Below are positions 1 to 10,661 of a DNA stretch of 64,000 nt, one piece after another. The stretch covers positions 1 through 64,000 of the IMG/VR virus record IMGVR_UViG_3300020151_002511; one strand, given 5' to 3'. The position numbers and the translations under genes were made by a program. Below the pieces are notes generated by a model. It was not told where the DNA came from and ran no database searches. It worked only from the letters and a program-made list of their open reading frames with translations. Each line of letters opens with the position of its first letter. The first letter of the stretch is position 1. This DNA is from a virus (Duplodnaviria > Caudoviricetes).

Positions 1-534
1 ATTGTGGGGTATGGCAAGGGCGGTAGATTTGGCAAGCATTGTGATAATGATGTAAATTATCAGCCAGGAGCAGAACCTGATCAGCAGTTAGCTATAAGAA
101 ATGTTTTAGGTGGTCTTATTTACTTTAATGATTCCGTTAATGAGATTCAAGATGAACATGATTACGTAGGCGGTGAAATAGTTTTTCCTTACGCTAACTT
201 TACTTATTTCCCAAAAGCTGGAGATGTTTTAATGTTTCCTTCTAATTATTTAGGAACACACAAGGTTATGGAATGTAAAGAGGGAGAAAGATACGCTTAC
301 GTTGGCTATTTTGCACATGGATCAAGTGATCCAAATAGAGGCGTAAATGTCAGACAGCCTTCTGAAGTAATGGATAGCGGGCAAGTATGGATGCCAAGTA
401 TAGTTGATGACTATTTGAAAGCAATAGAAAAAAGACACGCAAATGCAGATCCAGAGTTAATATCACTTTTAACCGAAGCTGCTAATAGACCGATGACAAG
501 TAATGATACCAATAAAGAAATTGGAAGATTGTGA
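1..534 (+). CDS. 2OG-Fe(II) oxygenase (prolyl-4-hydroxylase-like), 5'-truncated by window edge
   Basis: HCD iron motif, YFND...Y.GGE..F, PKAGD..MFPS, distal H (GTHKV) and RY 2OG-binding motif; frame is open from base 1. Confidence 0.85.
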   Translation: MVGYGKGGRFGKHCDNDVNYQPGAEPDQQLAIRNVLGGLIYFNDSVNEIQDEHDYVGGEIVFPYANFTYFPKAGDVLMFPSNYLGTHKVMECKEGERYAYVGYFAHGSSDPNRGVNVRQPSEVMDSGQVWMPSIVDDYLKAIEKRHANADPELISLLTEAANRPMTSNDTNKEIGRL

Positions 535-1412
535 TATTTAATAAAGTAGAACCAAAACATTTAGGCGGTGGAGTTGTAGTATTTGAAGGTTGTATAGATT
601 TAGATTGGGAGAATTTACTCAAGAGATCAAATGACCTAATAGAAGAAGAATGGAACGAGATGTATTCTCCGGGGATAGACCCTGAAACTGGCGAAGAGAT
701 ATATGTGAATAAAAGTGGGTACTTCTTCAATAAGGACAGCATTGACTTAATGCCAAAGAGAGCTAGTGCTATACACTACAAAGACAACGAAGATTTACGT
801 GATCTTTTTTCTTTTATAGAGTCCTCAAAAGATAAATGTTTATTACAATATTTTGAATTATTTCCATTAGCCTATAAATGTGTATGGTGGAAAGTTAAAG
901 GTCATATATTGCAATATCCAAAAAATGTTTATCTTGGTTCACATTCAGATATTAGTGGCGATTACATATATGGAATATTAGAACCTCAAGACCAATTAGC
1001 GTTAAGAAATGTAATTAGTAGCTTAGTTTACTTTAATGATTCAGTTGATACCGAAGAAAAATTAGACGGTCAAAATTATATTGGTGGACATCATTATTTT
1101 AATTATCTAGATATAGATTATTCTCCTAAAAAAGGTGATATATTATTTTTTCCATCCAACTACATGGCTGCTCATGAGGTTAAGCCAGTTAAGGAAGGTT
1201 TTAGATATAGTTATCTTGGATGGTATAGTCAGGGAACTCCAAATCCAGCAGTTCACGAATATGTAGCAGACCCATTAAAAGATCCAGAATTGTCAAAAAA
1301 AGCTACGAATGTTTACATGCCCACACTTAGAGAAGATTTAAAGAAGTATTTATTAGAATCTGGGTACAAAGAAGATTCTCCTCAGTTTTATATTACCAAA
1401 TCAAATTATTAA
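531..1412 (+). CDS. 2OG-Fe(II) oxygenase (prolyl-4-hydroxylase-like)
   Basis: HSD...YFND...PKKGD..FFPSNY..AHEV...G.RYS; GTGA overlap with the upstream gene; clearly paralogous to its neighbours. Confidence 0.88.
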   Translation: MIFNKVEPKHLGGGVVVFEGCIDLDWENLLKRSNDLIEEEWNEMYSPGIDPETGEEIYVNKSGYFFNKDSIDLMPKRASAIHYKDNEDLRDLFSFIESSKDKCLLQYFELFPLAYKCVWWKVKGHILQYPKNVYLGSHSDISGDYIYGILEPQDQLALRNVISSLVYFNDSVDTEEKLDGQNYIGGHHYFNYLDIDYSPKKGDILFFPSNYMAAHEVKPVKEGFRYSYLGWYSQGTPNPAVHEYVADPLKDPELSKKATNVYMPTLREDLKKYLLESGYKEDSPQFYITKSNY

Positions 1413-1420
1413 GGAACTTT

Positions 1421-2227
1421 ATGGAATCAAAACATATTGGAATGGGTGTCGTTATCTGTGAGAACGTAATTGATATAGATCAACAATTCTTGTTTGAGTA
1501 CATCAATTGGCTTCGTACTAATGAAGAGGATACTTTTACTTATTGCGAAGAAGACGGCGAAAAGTACGCAGTAAATAAAACGGGTTTTAAATTTAAATTA
1601 CAAGATGTTCAGCAAGCTCCACAAAGATTTTTGGATACAAAAGGAAAGAATTTACAAGTAGAAGTTCCTAAAAAATATATTAATTTTATTGATAGTTTGG
1701 AAGAAGCTGTTTATCAAGCATTAGTTGAATACTGTTGCTATTTCCCCGATGCAGCAACTACTTCATGGTGGAGACCCAATGGTCATATAGCTGGTTATGA
1801 AGATGGTCAAAGAATAGGTCTGCATTGCGATGATCAAGTGCCGTATGAATGGGGTAAAGAAACCGGAAATCAAGTGTCGATGCACAATAGTTCAAGTATT
1901 AATCTTTATCTTAACGATTGTGTCAGCGATCAAGAAGAGGTGAACGACTATACTTATTCAGGTGGAGAAATTCATTTCCCCAATGTGCCGTATGTTTACA
2001 GACCAAAAAGTGGCAGTGTTGCAATATATCCATCTTCATATGTTGGCAGACATGAAGTATATCCGGTAATAAGTGGTCAAAGATATGCATTTTTAAGTAT
2101 AGCTTGCTATGGCACCTCTTTTGAGCAAAAAGAAACAGTTGGGCAAGAAAATCCACATAAGTTCTGGATGCCAGAGATAATTAACGATGTTAACAAAAAA
2201 AGAACAAATAAACAATACACATTGTAG
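1421..2227 (+). CDS. 2OG-Fe(II) oxygenase (prolyl-4-hydroxylase-like)
   Basis: HCD...YLND...GGEIHF...PKSG...YPS...HEV...SGQRYA; AAGGA ribosome-binding site upstream. Confidence 0.88.
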   Translation: MESKHIGMGVVICENVIDIDQQFLFEYINWLRTNEEDTFTYCEEDGEKYAVNKTGFKFKLQDVQQAPQRFLDTKGKNLQVEVPKKYINFIDSLEEAVYQALVEYCCYFPDAATTSWWRPNGHIAGYEDGQRIGLHCDDQVPYEWGKETGNQVSMHNSSSINLYLNDCVSDQEEVNDYTYSGGEIHFPNVPYVYRPKSGSVAIYPSSYVGRHEVYPVISGQRYAFLSIACYGTSFEQKETVGQENPHKFWMPEIINDVNKKRTNKQYTL

Positions 2228-2242
2228 AATCGAAAAATTTAT

Positions 2243-2824
2243 ATGTATAAAGGAAATTCTTCTCAAGAAAAATTTGTAATAGAAATTTTTAATGGAAAAA
2301 AAAATGGAGTATATGTAGAATTAGGAGCTTTTGATTCTAAATTAGGGAGTAATACATTTTATCTTGAATCAGACTATGATTGGAGTGGTGTATCTTTTGA
2401 GGTATTAGAAGATAGGAAACTTGAGTTTCAAGCTAATAGAAAAAATCCTTGTTTCGGAGATGCTCTTGAATTCAATTATATATCATATTTTGAAAATAAT
2501 AATTTTCCAAAACAGATTGATTATCTACAGGTAGACATAGATGCTGGGTACCAGCATAATGGAAGACCTTTTGGTAATCATTATCTTAGCTTACTTGGTC
2601 TAATATCTCTTCCATTAACACAGTATAGGTTTTCTATTATCACTTTTGAGCACGATGCTAATATGTATTTTAGAAACTCTGCTATTAGAGATGCTCAAAG
2701 AGAAATATTAGACAGCTTAGGGTATGCTCTAGTCGTAAGAGAAAAGCATGAGGATTGGTGGGTTGATCCGGCAGTTTTTCCTATCAATGATTTCAGAAAA
2801 TACTTAAGATGGGAAACGCTATAA
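2243..2824 (+). CDS. FkbM-family SAM-dependent methyltransferase
   Basis: SQE..V, GVYVELGAFD...SNT..LE...W.G..E and IDYLQVDID motifs typical of FkbM/Methyltransf_21 proteins. Confidence 0.75.
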   Translation: MYKGNSSQEKFVIEIFNGKKNGVYVELGAFDSKLGSNTFYLESDYDWSGVSFEVLEDRKLEFQANRKNPCFGDALEFNYISYFENNNFPKQIDYLQVDIDAGYQHNGRPFGNHYLSLLGLISLPLTQYRFSIITFEHDANMYFRNSAIRDAQREILDSLGYALVVREKHEDWWVDPAVFPINDFRKYLRWETL

Positions 2825-2825
2825 A

Positions 2826-3353
2826 ATGTTTCCAACATTAATATTTGAAAATATTTTTGATAAAAAAATAATAGAAGAAATTGTAGACTCAATATCAAAT
2901 AAAGATTTTAAAAAAGCTCCCAATAATAGTTCTCTTGAAAGTTATCAAGTAGAAAAAACATTTAGTAATTTTAATAAAGTAATTGAAGAAATAAATAATA
3001 AAATAAATTTATTTTATAGAAAAAAAATATTATCTAATTCAGGAACATCTATAGTGAGATATACTGAAGGAAAATTTATAGGAAGACATAGAGATTGGGA
3101 GCCATCAGATCCATTTGTCAGGCAAAACAAAAAATCAAAAGTAGATTTAGCTTCTGTTTGCTACTTAAATGATGACTATTATGGTGGAGAAATATGTTTT
3201 TATGAAAATCTTCACTCAAAAAATCCATACACAATTATAAAACCAAAAGCAGGAATGTGTATTTTTTTTGATTCTAGCATTTATCATGAAACAAAACCAA
3301 TAATTTCTGGAATCAAGTATTCCTATACTGCTTTTTATCAATTGGAAGATTAA
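2826..3353 (+). CDS. 2OG-Fe(II) oxygenase
   Basis: [28 protein letters not shown]...HE...I.SG.KYS. Confidence 0.88.
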   Translation: MFPTLIFENIFDKKIIEEIVDSISNKDFKKAPNNSSLESYQVEKTFSNFNKVIEEINNKINLFYRKKILSNSGTSIVRYTEGKFIGRHRDWEPSDPFVRQNKKSKVDLASVCYLNDDYYGGEICFYENLHSKNPYTIIKPKAGMCIFFDSSIYHETKPIISGIKYSYTAFYQLED

Positions 3354-3355
3354 CG

Positions 3356-4297
3356 ATGCAGTCTTTTGACATTTCTTATAATGAAATATACCCATATATC
3401 TGCGTATATAGCAATTTATTACCAGATGCATCTGAACTTGCAGAGACAATGTTTAGGTCAGAAGAAGTGAATAAAAGCTCTATTTTTACTGAATGGGTTG
3501 ATTGGTTTGTCTTTGGGAAATATGCTCATCTAAAAAATCAAGAAGAAATAAAAAATTCTTATCATAACAATATAATCAATGCTAAAGATTATGATATTGA
3601 GCTTCATATGGCAGAAAAAACACTTTTGCAGAGGATAACGGAATCAAACACAGCTGCTATAGCAGAGTATGTAACTAGGAATAAAGTCCCCGTACCTAAG
3701 GATTCATTTATTACTAATCCAAATATTGCAAGATATAATCCCTATGTCGATACGGGTGAAGGAAAAGCAATGCAGTTCCATACAGATTATGGAATTGGAG
3801 AATGGTATTGGCCAGGAGAAAAATTTTTATTGACATGCACTACATACTTAAATGACGACTACGATAATGGTGAAATTGTTTTTTTAATAAAAAATGACAT
3901 TGTCTTATATAAGCCAAAAGCTGGAGATATTATTGTTTTTCCTTCAGGTTCTCCTCTTTTTCCTGGGAAAGAACCGTATTTTCATGCTGTAAATATGGTT
4001 AAAAAAAATAGTAAACTATTAATAAGAAATTATCTAAAACATTCTGTTGGTCCAACTCAAAAATGGATTAATGGAGAAGAAGAATACGGAAAAAATAGTT
4101 GGTACGAAATTGCAAAAAAAAGATCAGAAGGCCATAATATGGCAAGTATTCATTACCTAGGGAGTGGGGATCATGTTTATTTAAATAATATCTCTAAAAA
4201 TAAAAAAATTAACAAATACTGCTCCGGACTAGTTACCACTCTTTATGGGATAGATGAAAAAGAATATATAAAAAAAGAAACCTTAAGCTATGAATAA
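3356..4297 (+). CDS. 2OG-Fe(II) oxygenase
   Basis: [34 protein letters not shown]...K. Confidence 0.85.
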   Translation: MQSFDISYNEIYPYICVYSNLLPDASELAETMFRSEEVNKSSIFTEWVDWFVFGKYAHLKNQEEIKNSYHNNIINAKDYDIELHMAEKTLLQRITESNTAAIAEYVTRNKVPVPKDSFITNPNIARYNPYVDTGEGKAMQFHTDYGIGEWYWPGEKFLLTCTTYLNDDYDNGEIVFLIKNDIVLYKPKAGDIIVFPSGSPLFPGKEPYFHAVNMVKKNSKLLIRNYLKHSVGPTQKWINGEEEYGKNSWYEIAKKRSEGHNMASIHYLGSGDHVYLNNISKNKKINKYCSGLVTTLYGIDEKEYIKKETLSYE

Positions 4298-4389
4298 AAG
4301 CGCTCATAGAATAAGTTTTTTAGTAAGTTTAAATAAAATAGACCTTTTTTGCCCTTAAAGTATGCACTACGACTAGTATAATAATACTA

Positions 4390-4397
4390 TTACTATA
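4390..4397 (+). promoter_or_regulatory. TTACTATA motif, candidate phage late promoter element (a TATAAT also lies at 4377-4382)
   Basis: Same 8-mer occurs in the intergenic gaps before 8591 and 62566. Confidence 0.45.
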
Positions 4398-4420
4398 AAG
4401 CTAAGAGTTAGGAATAATAC

Positions 4421-4796
4421 ATGCTGTATAACGATATAATATCTTATAGTCAACCTGGTGTAATTTATTCTGGAACTTTAGTTTTAAACATTATACGGAA
4501 TTAATGCTCCAGTTATTGTATCTGATGTTGACATCTATTTTGGTGGAGAAGTTGACTATAGTAATTTTACATCGGTTGGATTGCTGACAATTCAGTCAGT
4601 GTCAACTGGAGTTATAACTACAGAGACTAGCCAAGAACAGGACTCTACGACAGTTGGAATTTTTACCGTCCAGTCAATATCCACTGGAATCGTAACTATG
4701 GAGACTACTCAGGAACAGGCTGAGATATTGATTGAAGCTAGTACTATATATGTATCTGGAGCTTCTGCTGAAACAGCAACTGTATACATGGCTTAA
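4421..4796 (+). CDS. Small putative virion protein (~124 aa) joined by a +1 shift at CGGA 4496; contains a 26-aa tandem repeat
   Basis: AGGA RBS plus ATG 4421 gives MLYNDIISYSQPGVIYSGTLVLNII, then CGG AAT TAA; the +1 frame from 4497 (GINAPVIVSDV...) is open into ORF 4581-4796. Confidence 0.7.
4496..4499 (+). other. CGG-N +1 recoding site 1 (ATA CGGA ATT)
   Basis: In-frame CGG; +1 frame closed by TAA 4485-4487 upstream and 0 frame closed by TAA 4502-4504. Confidence 0.8.
4575..4718 (+). repeat. Degenerate intragenic tandem duplication, period 78 nt (26 aa)
   Basis: VGLLTIQSVSTGVITTETSQEQ (4575-4640) vs VGIFTVQSISTGIVTMETTQEQ (4653-4718). Confidence 0.85.
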
Positions 4797-4835
4797 TTTA
4801 AAAAGTCTTAATTCAAATATTCAACTGGAGATAAA

Positions 4836-5735
4836 ATGTCAAATTCCGTTTTGGTAAACGATACGGTAAGAATTAAAGTTAAATTTGTTGACATTAATTC
4901 TTTAACTGGACAACAAGTAGAGGTATCTCCTACCTCAGTTCTTGTTGTGATAAAAGATGTTAATGATTCTCCGATAGTAAATACTACTGCGACTTCCATA
5001 ACTTCATCTGAGTACTATTATGACTTCACCCCTGCAGACCCTGGTCAGTATGAGGTAACATTTACTGGCGTTTTAGCAGACTCAACCCAGATAGTAGTTA
5101 AGCAAAATCTTTATGTCAGTGACGCAGACAGTGATTACAGGCCCTCGGTAACTCTAAGATCAGAAGAAGTAATTACTTTTGCCCCAGATGTTGACCCACT
5201 TTATATAGATCCAGAGGAAGTTCTGTCATTTTTTCCCGATGCGTCTTTATTGGAAATTGGGGAGCTAGTTCATCATTATTCGTTAGAAGTTAAAAGTGTA
5301 TTCAATTTACAGGATATTGACAATGGATCTGAATTAAACTTTACAATTCAAGAATACATTAAAGCAGCAGCTTGCTGTGAATTGAGCAGAACATATGGTT
5401 TTGGTGGAGATGATGAGTTATCTTTGAAGTTGGCAGACCTTTCAATTACAAACAGGTCAAATCCAAGACAATCTATAAACAGGGGCAATGCAACAACATG
5501 GTGTCAAATTGCAGCTGCTTTAAGAAAAGAAATAATGGCAAAAAGAGTCGGCATGAGAGCTGTTATTCCAAAAGGCCTGCCCAATAAAAAAATTCATTCA
5601 ACATATAAAACTCTTGACCCCGATACTGGCAAGTTGATATATCTATCGGATAAAGAGCTTTATGGGCCAGGAAGAACAACCCCTACGGACCCGGACGACC
5701 CCATGCCAACTAGGGGTTTAAGAAAGTATGATTGA
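4836..5735 (+). CDS. Putative neck/head-tail adaptor protein with N-terminal Ig-like domain
   Basis: Beta-rich N-terminus (YYYDFTP..PG.Y.V.F.G), helical C-terminal half, GGAG RBS, position upstream of tail genes; function inferred from synteny. Confidence 0.45.
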   Translation: MSNSVLVNDTVRIKVKFVDINSLTGQQVEVSPTSVLVVIKDVNDSPIVNTTATSITSSEYYYDFTPADPGQYEVTFTGVLADSTQIVVKQNLYVSDADSDYRPSVTLRSEEVITFAPDVDPLYIDPEEVLSFFPDASLLEIGELVHHYSLEVKSVFNLQDIDNGSELNFTIQEYIKAAACCELSRTYGFGGDDELSLKLADLSITNRSNPRQSINRGNATTWCQIAAALRKEIMAKRVGMRAVIPKGLPNKKIHSTYKTLDPDTGKLIYLSDKELYGPGRTTPTDPDDPMPTRGLRKYD

Positions 5736-6105
5736 TCCAAAAAGAGCTTTTAATAAAATCCTCAGAGAATGGGGTCATGATATTCTTATTCAGAGAAGAT
5801 TAGATGATAACTTCATCTACTCTGATAGATTTGAAAGAGTAACAACAAGGCACTTTTTTCCTTCTTCCGAAACTTTGACTCAAGTTCAAAGAGAGGACAA
5901 AGAGGGAGTCAATACAAACGTAGATTTAATATTTTATTTTGAAGCTTCGGTTTACCCAAAGCAAGGTGATAGAATATATGAGGAATCAGAAATAAATATT
6001 AATGATCCAAATATTTACTTAATAGACTTTGCTGCTCCAGTTAAAGGTAGAATGGGAATTACCGTTTACTGGATAGTCGGAGCAACTAGAGAAAGACCAA
6101 TGTAA
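5728..6105 (+). CDS. Putative head-closure (stopper) protein
   Basis: 125 aa, FYFEASVYPKQGDRIYE and Y.ID pattern resembling head-closure beta-barrel proteins; synteny. Confidence 0.45.
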   Translation: MIDPKRAFNKILREWGHDILIQRRLDDNFIYSDRFERVTTRHFFPSSETLTQVQREDKEGVNTNVDLIFYFEASVYPKQGDRIYEESEININDPNIYLIDFAAPVKGRMGITVYWIVGATRERPM

Positions 6106-7761
6106 TGCTAGTCTTAAGCCCAAATGAAACTCGGAATATTTGAGTTTATCTTTAATGAAGATGGCACATTTTATGACCCAACTAGTAGCTCAACACCTTC
6201 TGATGTATTGATATCAATCTACAGAGGAGATCTTGGTTCCGGAGCAACTATTGATGGTCCATACTCTTATTTGTTTCAAGCTGCTACTCCAGGTGATAAT
6301 AAAATAACCAAGACATCTAACAATGTAGTTTACTTTGGAGACTACGGAGATATTCCTGGATCCAATAACTCTACGGAGCAAGCTGTTAAATTTTCTTTTG
6401 AATACAAAATTCCAGAGAATTTATTTCCGGGAAACTATTCTGTAGTTGCTACTACTGGTTACGATTCAGAAGTTATTCAATATGTAGCTCAATTTCAAGT
6501 TCCGCAGTCAAGTGCCGCAATAAATACTTTATATGCAGCAGGCGAAAAAGAAATTACTAAATCTTTTGTTCCAGCATTTCAAACAATGGAACAGTATAGA
6601 ACAAACTCTGTTTTGCTTATTGGCCATGCAGATGGCGTAGAATTAAATAATATTAACAGAATTTCAAACATACAAGAAGCAATAGATCTACTTAAGGCTG
6701 ATTTTAATTCACCATTATTAAGAGGCGTATTTGATGCATATGCATCAGGATGTAGGGATATCTATATATGTGCTTGCGCACCAATGTCAGAATACGTAGA
6801 AGATTTAAATGATAGACTTGTTTCTAAAAGTATCTACGGACTTAATGATGCAACGCCAATGATAATGACATTCTATCAAAGATATTATGATAGATTATCT
6901 GAAACTTATTCAATTATTCAAGACTATGATTACTTGGATATAATAGTTCCATTAGAAATAAGTTTTATTAATACAGGTGGAATTGATTTTCTCACTCAAC
7001 TTGCTTCGTATTGCCAGGATTTTCATGACAATAGTGGAATGATTCAAGTTGGAATAATTGGCTCTAGAAATGGTGGAATCACATCTTCAGATATAGATAC
7101 ACTAGAGGCTGATAGTAGATTTATAAATAAATATACAATGTTTGATTCTGAAAACCAAATAATAGGCGATATGGGAAGATTTGTTATTCCAATCTATGGG
7201 GAATTGATAATGAATCATACATTCTTAACCATATCGTATGTTTCAAGCGGATCTGCAATATATGCAGGAATGCTTTCATCTAATCCGGTGAATCAAAGTC
7301 TAATTAGAAAAATTGTGCCATCTGCATTTGGTTTAAGCGGAATATCCTTAAGTCAAGCTCAAGTAAACCGTTTAGATAATTTGGGCATCAATACATTTAC
7401 AAAGAATACAAGAACTAGAAGAGGAAACTCTTATCAAATATATGTAACAAACGATAATACGGTTGCACACCCAACATCTAATTATAGAAAAGCTCCTCAA
7501 ATAAGACTTGTATCAATGTTAATAAATGAAATTAGAGCATTAACAAATAATACAATTGGAAAATTTGCGCCACAAAAAGCTTCTTCAGATGTTCAAGAAA
7601 TGTTACAGTACTTAAAGTCAAATGGAATCATAGCAGATTTTGAACTAGAAGCTTACATGGATTCACAGATAAGAGGAAAAATGTATTTTGACGTTTCGGT
7701 TACTTCTAGTTTAGGTTTAAAGAAAATATCATTTAGTATATCGTCAGGTCAAGGTACTTAA
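6105..7761 (+). CDS. Tail-sheath-like protein (paralogue 1, extra N-terminal domain); probable start 6105 with +1 shift at CGGA 6132, alternative start 6124
   Basis: C-terminal sheath-like motifs (LDNLGINTF, NDNT, YRK...IRLV..LINEIR); TAATG coupling gives MLVLSPNET followed by CGG AAT ATT TGA, and the +1 frame gives GIFEFIF. Confidence 0.65.
6132..6135 (+). other. CGG-N +1 recoding site 2 (ACT CGGA ATA)
   Basis: In frame with the translationally coupled ATG 6105; less certain because ATG 6124 in the +1 frame could start the gene without a shift. Confidence 0.6.
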
Positions 7762-7762
7762 A

Positions 7763-8515
7763 ATGGCACAAAATGCATTTGGTTTTCCAATCCCTTCGCT
7801 TAATGAAGTATCAATAGACAGAGCTTTTGGTCCTCCTTTACAGGCAGCTGGAAATATAAGTTATTTAGAATTTATATCTATAGTTAAATTATTATGGGAA
7901 AATTTACATCCAGACATTCCAATTGTTCCAACTCAACCAGCACAATATTCAACCTATCCATGCGTAGTGTATGGGCTTGAGTTGAGGAAGGCTCATACTA
8001 CAGAGCCAAAACCAAGAAGTAGAAATGTAGTCGAAAAAGATATAATGGTCTTTGGTCAAAGATTCCAAAATGTTGTTTCTTTTACTATTACCACAAAAAT
8101 GATGGGAGGGGCATCAAGGTCGTCTGATTCCAGCGCTTTAGCCTCCAGATATGACGGGGCAGATGTTGCAGATTCAATAGCGGAAATATTTGAAGACTTT
8201 ATGCTTGAATATACTCCTGTTTTTAAAAGATTAGGAGCTTCAGAATTTGTATACGCCAGAAGGTTAGCTGATTCAGAAGAAAATAAAGAAAATACTGACA
8301 TAGTTAAAAGAACAATTACATATATGTTAACTACAGAAAAATTACTAGTTACGTCAGTTGCTCAAATAGAAAAGATAGCCATAGACATTAGGACATATAT
8401 GGCTTATGAAAAAGAGCTAGTTATAGAGAATACTGAGAAGTCTACTCCTGATTTCTCTGATGTAGAAGTAAATATTATTGACCTATATCAAACAGCTACT
8501 CCAAATTATAATTGA
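7763..8515 (+). CDS. Putative tail terminator/completion protein
   Basis: Lies between the two sheath-like genes; P..VY and F.I.T...AD.IA..FEDFM pattern; call is mostly from synteny. Confidence 0.4.
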   Translation: MAQNAFGFPIPSLNEVSIDRAFGPPLQAAGNISYLEFISIVKLLWENLHPDIPIVPTQPAQYSTYPCVVYGLELRKAHTTEPKPRSRNVVEKDIMVFGQRFQNVVSFTITTKMMGGASRSSDSSALASRYDGADVADSIAEIFEDFMLEYTPVFKRLGASEFVYARRLADSEENKENTDIVKRTITYMLTTEKLLVTSVAQIEKIAIDIRTYMAYEKELVIENTEKSTPDFSDVEVNIIDLYQTATPNYN

Positions 8516-8537
8516 GGTTGTTTTTATATGTTCTTTG

Positions 8538-8545
8538 TTACTATA
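8538..8545 (+). promoter_or_regulatory. TTACTATA motif upstream of sheath/tube operon
   Basis: Intergenic, 45 nt before ATG 8591; strong GGAGGT RBS follows. Confidence 0.45.
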
Positions 8546-8590
8546 CATTAGGACTAGACCTAAACTCGCTAATCGGAGGTTTAAAATTCA

Positions 8591-9877
8591 ATGGCTCTAC
8601 CTGGTGTAAAAACAATAGTAAAAGATCGCTTTTATAGCATCTCAAGACAGGATACTCCTGTCGGCCCAAGAATATGCGTTATTGGGACACGCACTACAGC
8701 TGATGGCACTGGAAATATTGCCGACCTTGACGTAGTTCAGGTTACCAAGGAATCAGATGTTATTACTGCCTTTGGTGAAGGTTCACAACTTCACAAAGCT
8801 TATAAGGAACTAGTTTCCGCTGGTGCAGATAGAATCTTCATGGTTCCACTGCCAAGTAATACTGCTTATAATCATACTACTGGTGCTCTAACTTCTAGTG
8901 GAGTTGATGTTTTCGATGATGCTTTTGCAGCAGCAGAAGTATCAATGCCAGACCTTGTTATTCCTTACGGAAGAGGTGGAGTAACTTCAGACTGGCAGTC
9001 TCCAGCAACCCCAAATGATGATGTTGAGTATGGTTTCCATGCCGACAATACAACTGTGGTTGCAAATAACTGGGCTTATAAAGTTGCCACTAAAATAAAA
9101 GCCATTAGTGAGAATACAAATCCTTGTATAGCAGTAATGGGCATTAGACCATGGATTGGCACTGGATCAACTCCTGCTACAGCAGAAGTAATGACTCCTG
9201 CTAATGTATCTAGCCACATGAGCCTTTCTAGACTTCCGTCAAGAGATGCAGTTAGTGGTTCAGAATACGTTTGGGGTTCTGTTGGTAGGTATGTAATTAT
9301 AGTCGCAGCAGAAGTCAAGCCAGTTAACTATTCTTCAGCAAATATTGCAGATTTTGGTTACGCAAATGGCGCAACTACACTTGCTGCTTCGCTGAGCAGA
9401 ATGGCTTCTTATGTTAGCCCTGTAAACAAAACAGTCTTTAACGTAACTAGACTTCGCTATAATCCAACTAGAACACAACTTTCAAATGAAACTTCAACTG
9501 GAGCAGTAGACAAGGGCCTTAATGCAATTGTTCTTAACTTTAATAAAGTCCCAGTTTTTGCAGAAGGTGTAACTTTTGCACCATCGGTATCTGACTACAC
9601 AAGAATTTCTACTTCAAGAATTATTAATGAAGCATCTCTTGTTGTTCGCCAGGTATGCCAGAAGTTTGTTGGTGAAGCTTCAACAATGCAGGTTCGCAAC
9701 TCAATGGAGACAGCAATTACTTCAGGTCTTCGTGGAATGCAGCAACTTGGCGCTCTCTTGGACAGCGACTTCACAGTTAGCTATATCCCAGCAGAAAACA
9801 AGGCACTAGTTGACCTTGTCTTGACACCAGCTTTCGAACTCAAGTCAATTGAGATTTCGATAGCAGTTAACCTTTAA
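8591..9877 (+). CDS. Contractile tail sheath protein
   Basis: N-terminal MALPGV, AFGEGSQL; C-terminal DYTRISTSRIIN...KFVGE...L.LTPAFELKSI.I.I, typical of phage sheath proteins. Confidence 0.85.
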   Translation: MALPGVKTIVKDRFYSISRQDTPVGPRICVIGTRTTADGTGNIADLDVVQVTKESDVITAFGEGSQLHKAYKELVSAGADRIFMVPLPSNTAYNHTTGALTSSGVDVFDDAFAAAEVSMPDLVIPYGRGGVTSDWQSPATPNDDVEYGFHADNTTVVANNWAYKVATKIKAISENTNPCIAVMGIRPWIGTGSTPATAEVMTPANVSSHMSLSRLPSRDAVSGSEYVWGSVGRYVIIVAAEVKPVNYSSANIADFGYANGATTLAASLSRMASYVSPVNKTVFNVTRLRYNPTRTQLSNETSTGAVDKGLNAIVLNFNKVPVFAEGVTFAPSVSDYTRISTSRIINEASLVVRQVCQKFVGEASTMQVRNSMETAITSGLRGMQQLGALLDSDFTVSYIPAENKALVDLVLTPAFELKSIEISIAVNL

Positions 9878-9900
9878 TAATTAGATAGGAGGGTACACAG

Positions 9901-10590
9901 ATGCCTGCAGGCGAGTACTACGATTCACCGGTTAATAAATACCTTAATACTTATACCACCTTCTCTGGTGCAGATATAGTTGCCACTTTCGGCGGCAAAG
10001 AGATTGGCGCACTTTCGGGTATTACATTCTCAGTCACAAGAGAAAAAGCACCTATTTACACAATGGGTTCACCAAACCCAAGATCATTCTCAAGAGGAAA
10101 AAGAGGCATTGCTGGCTCTTTAATCTTCACTGTTTTTGATCGCCCAGCTCTATACCAAATGCTTGAAACTCATCACGGTACTTCTCAGGAAATGAGATAC
10201 TGGACAAGATCAAGCAATACACTTCCTGGTGATCCAAACCACAGAAGAGGAATTGCAGAGCATGACGATCAGGCCAGAGATGTTGTCAGCAAAGTTCCAT
10301 ATTACGCAGACCAAATCCCACCATTTGATATTACAGTAACCTTCGTTAACGAATATGGCCAAGGTGCAGTAAGATCGATCTACGGTGTAGAGCTTTTGAA
10401 TGAAGGCTCAGGGGCTTCAATGGATGACATTGTCATCGAAGAAACCATGACCTACGTTGCCCGTGAAATCGGACCAATGTATACAATTTCAAACAGTCAG
10501 CTTACAAGATTTGGCGGAAGCCTTTCTGATATAATTTCAAAGGATGCTGTAACTTCCAGCGGTCTTAATTCTGAAATTATCAGACCTTAA
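9901..10590 (+). CDS. Major tail tube protein
   Basis: Directly follows the sheath; FSGADI...ITFSVTREKAPIYTMG..NPRSFSRGKRGIAGSLIF...PPFDITVTF.NEYG; GGAGG RBS; followed by a terminator. Confidence 0.75.
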   Translation: MPAGEYYDSPVNKYLNTYTTFSGADIVATFGGKEIGALSGITFSVTREKAPIYTMGSPNPRSFSRGKRGIAGSLIFTVFDRPALYQMLETHHGTSQEMRYWTRSSNTLPGDPNHRRGIAEHDDQARDVVSKVPYYADQIPPFDITVTFVNEYGQGAVRSIYGVELLNEGSGASMDDIVIEETMTYVAREIGPMYTISNSQLTRFGGSLSDIISKDAVTSSGLNSEIIRP

Positions 10591-10610
10591 TATTTAAAAA
10601 CGTTAATTAA

Positions 10611-10652
10611 AAGCGTGGAGGATGACTTTGTTGTCCTCCACGTTTTTATTTT
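10611..10652 (+). terminator. Rho-independent terminator
   Basis: GCGTGGAGGATGAC-TTT-GTTGTCCTCCACGT hairpin followed by TTTTATTTT, right after the tube gene. Confidence 0.85.
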
Positions 10653-10661
10653 AGGAGTAAC

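Noticed and set aside
4349-4382. TTGCCC...TATAAT as a sigma70 -35/-10 pair
   Set aside because: Spacer is 22 nt, too long for a canonical promoter.
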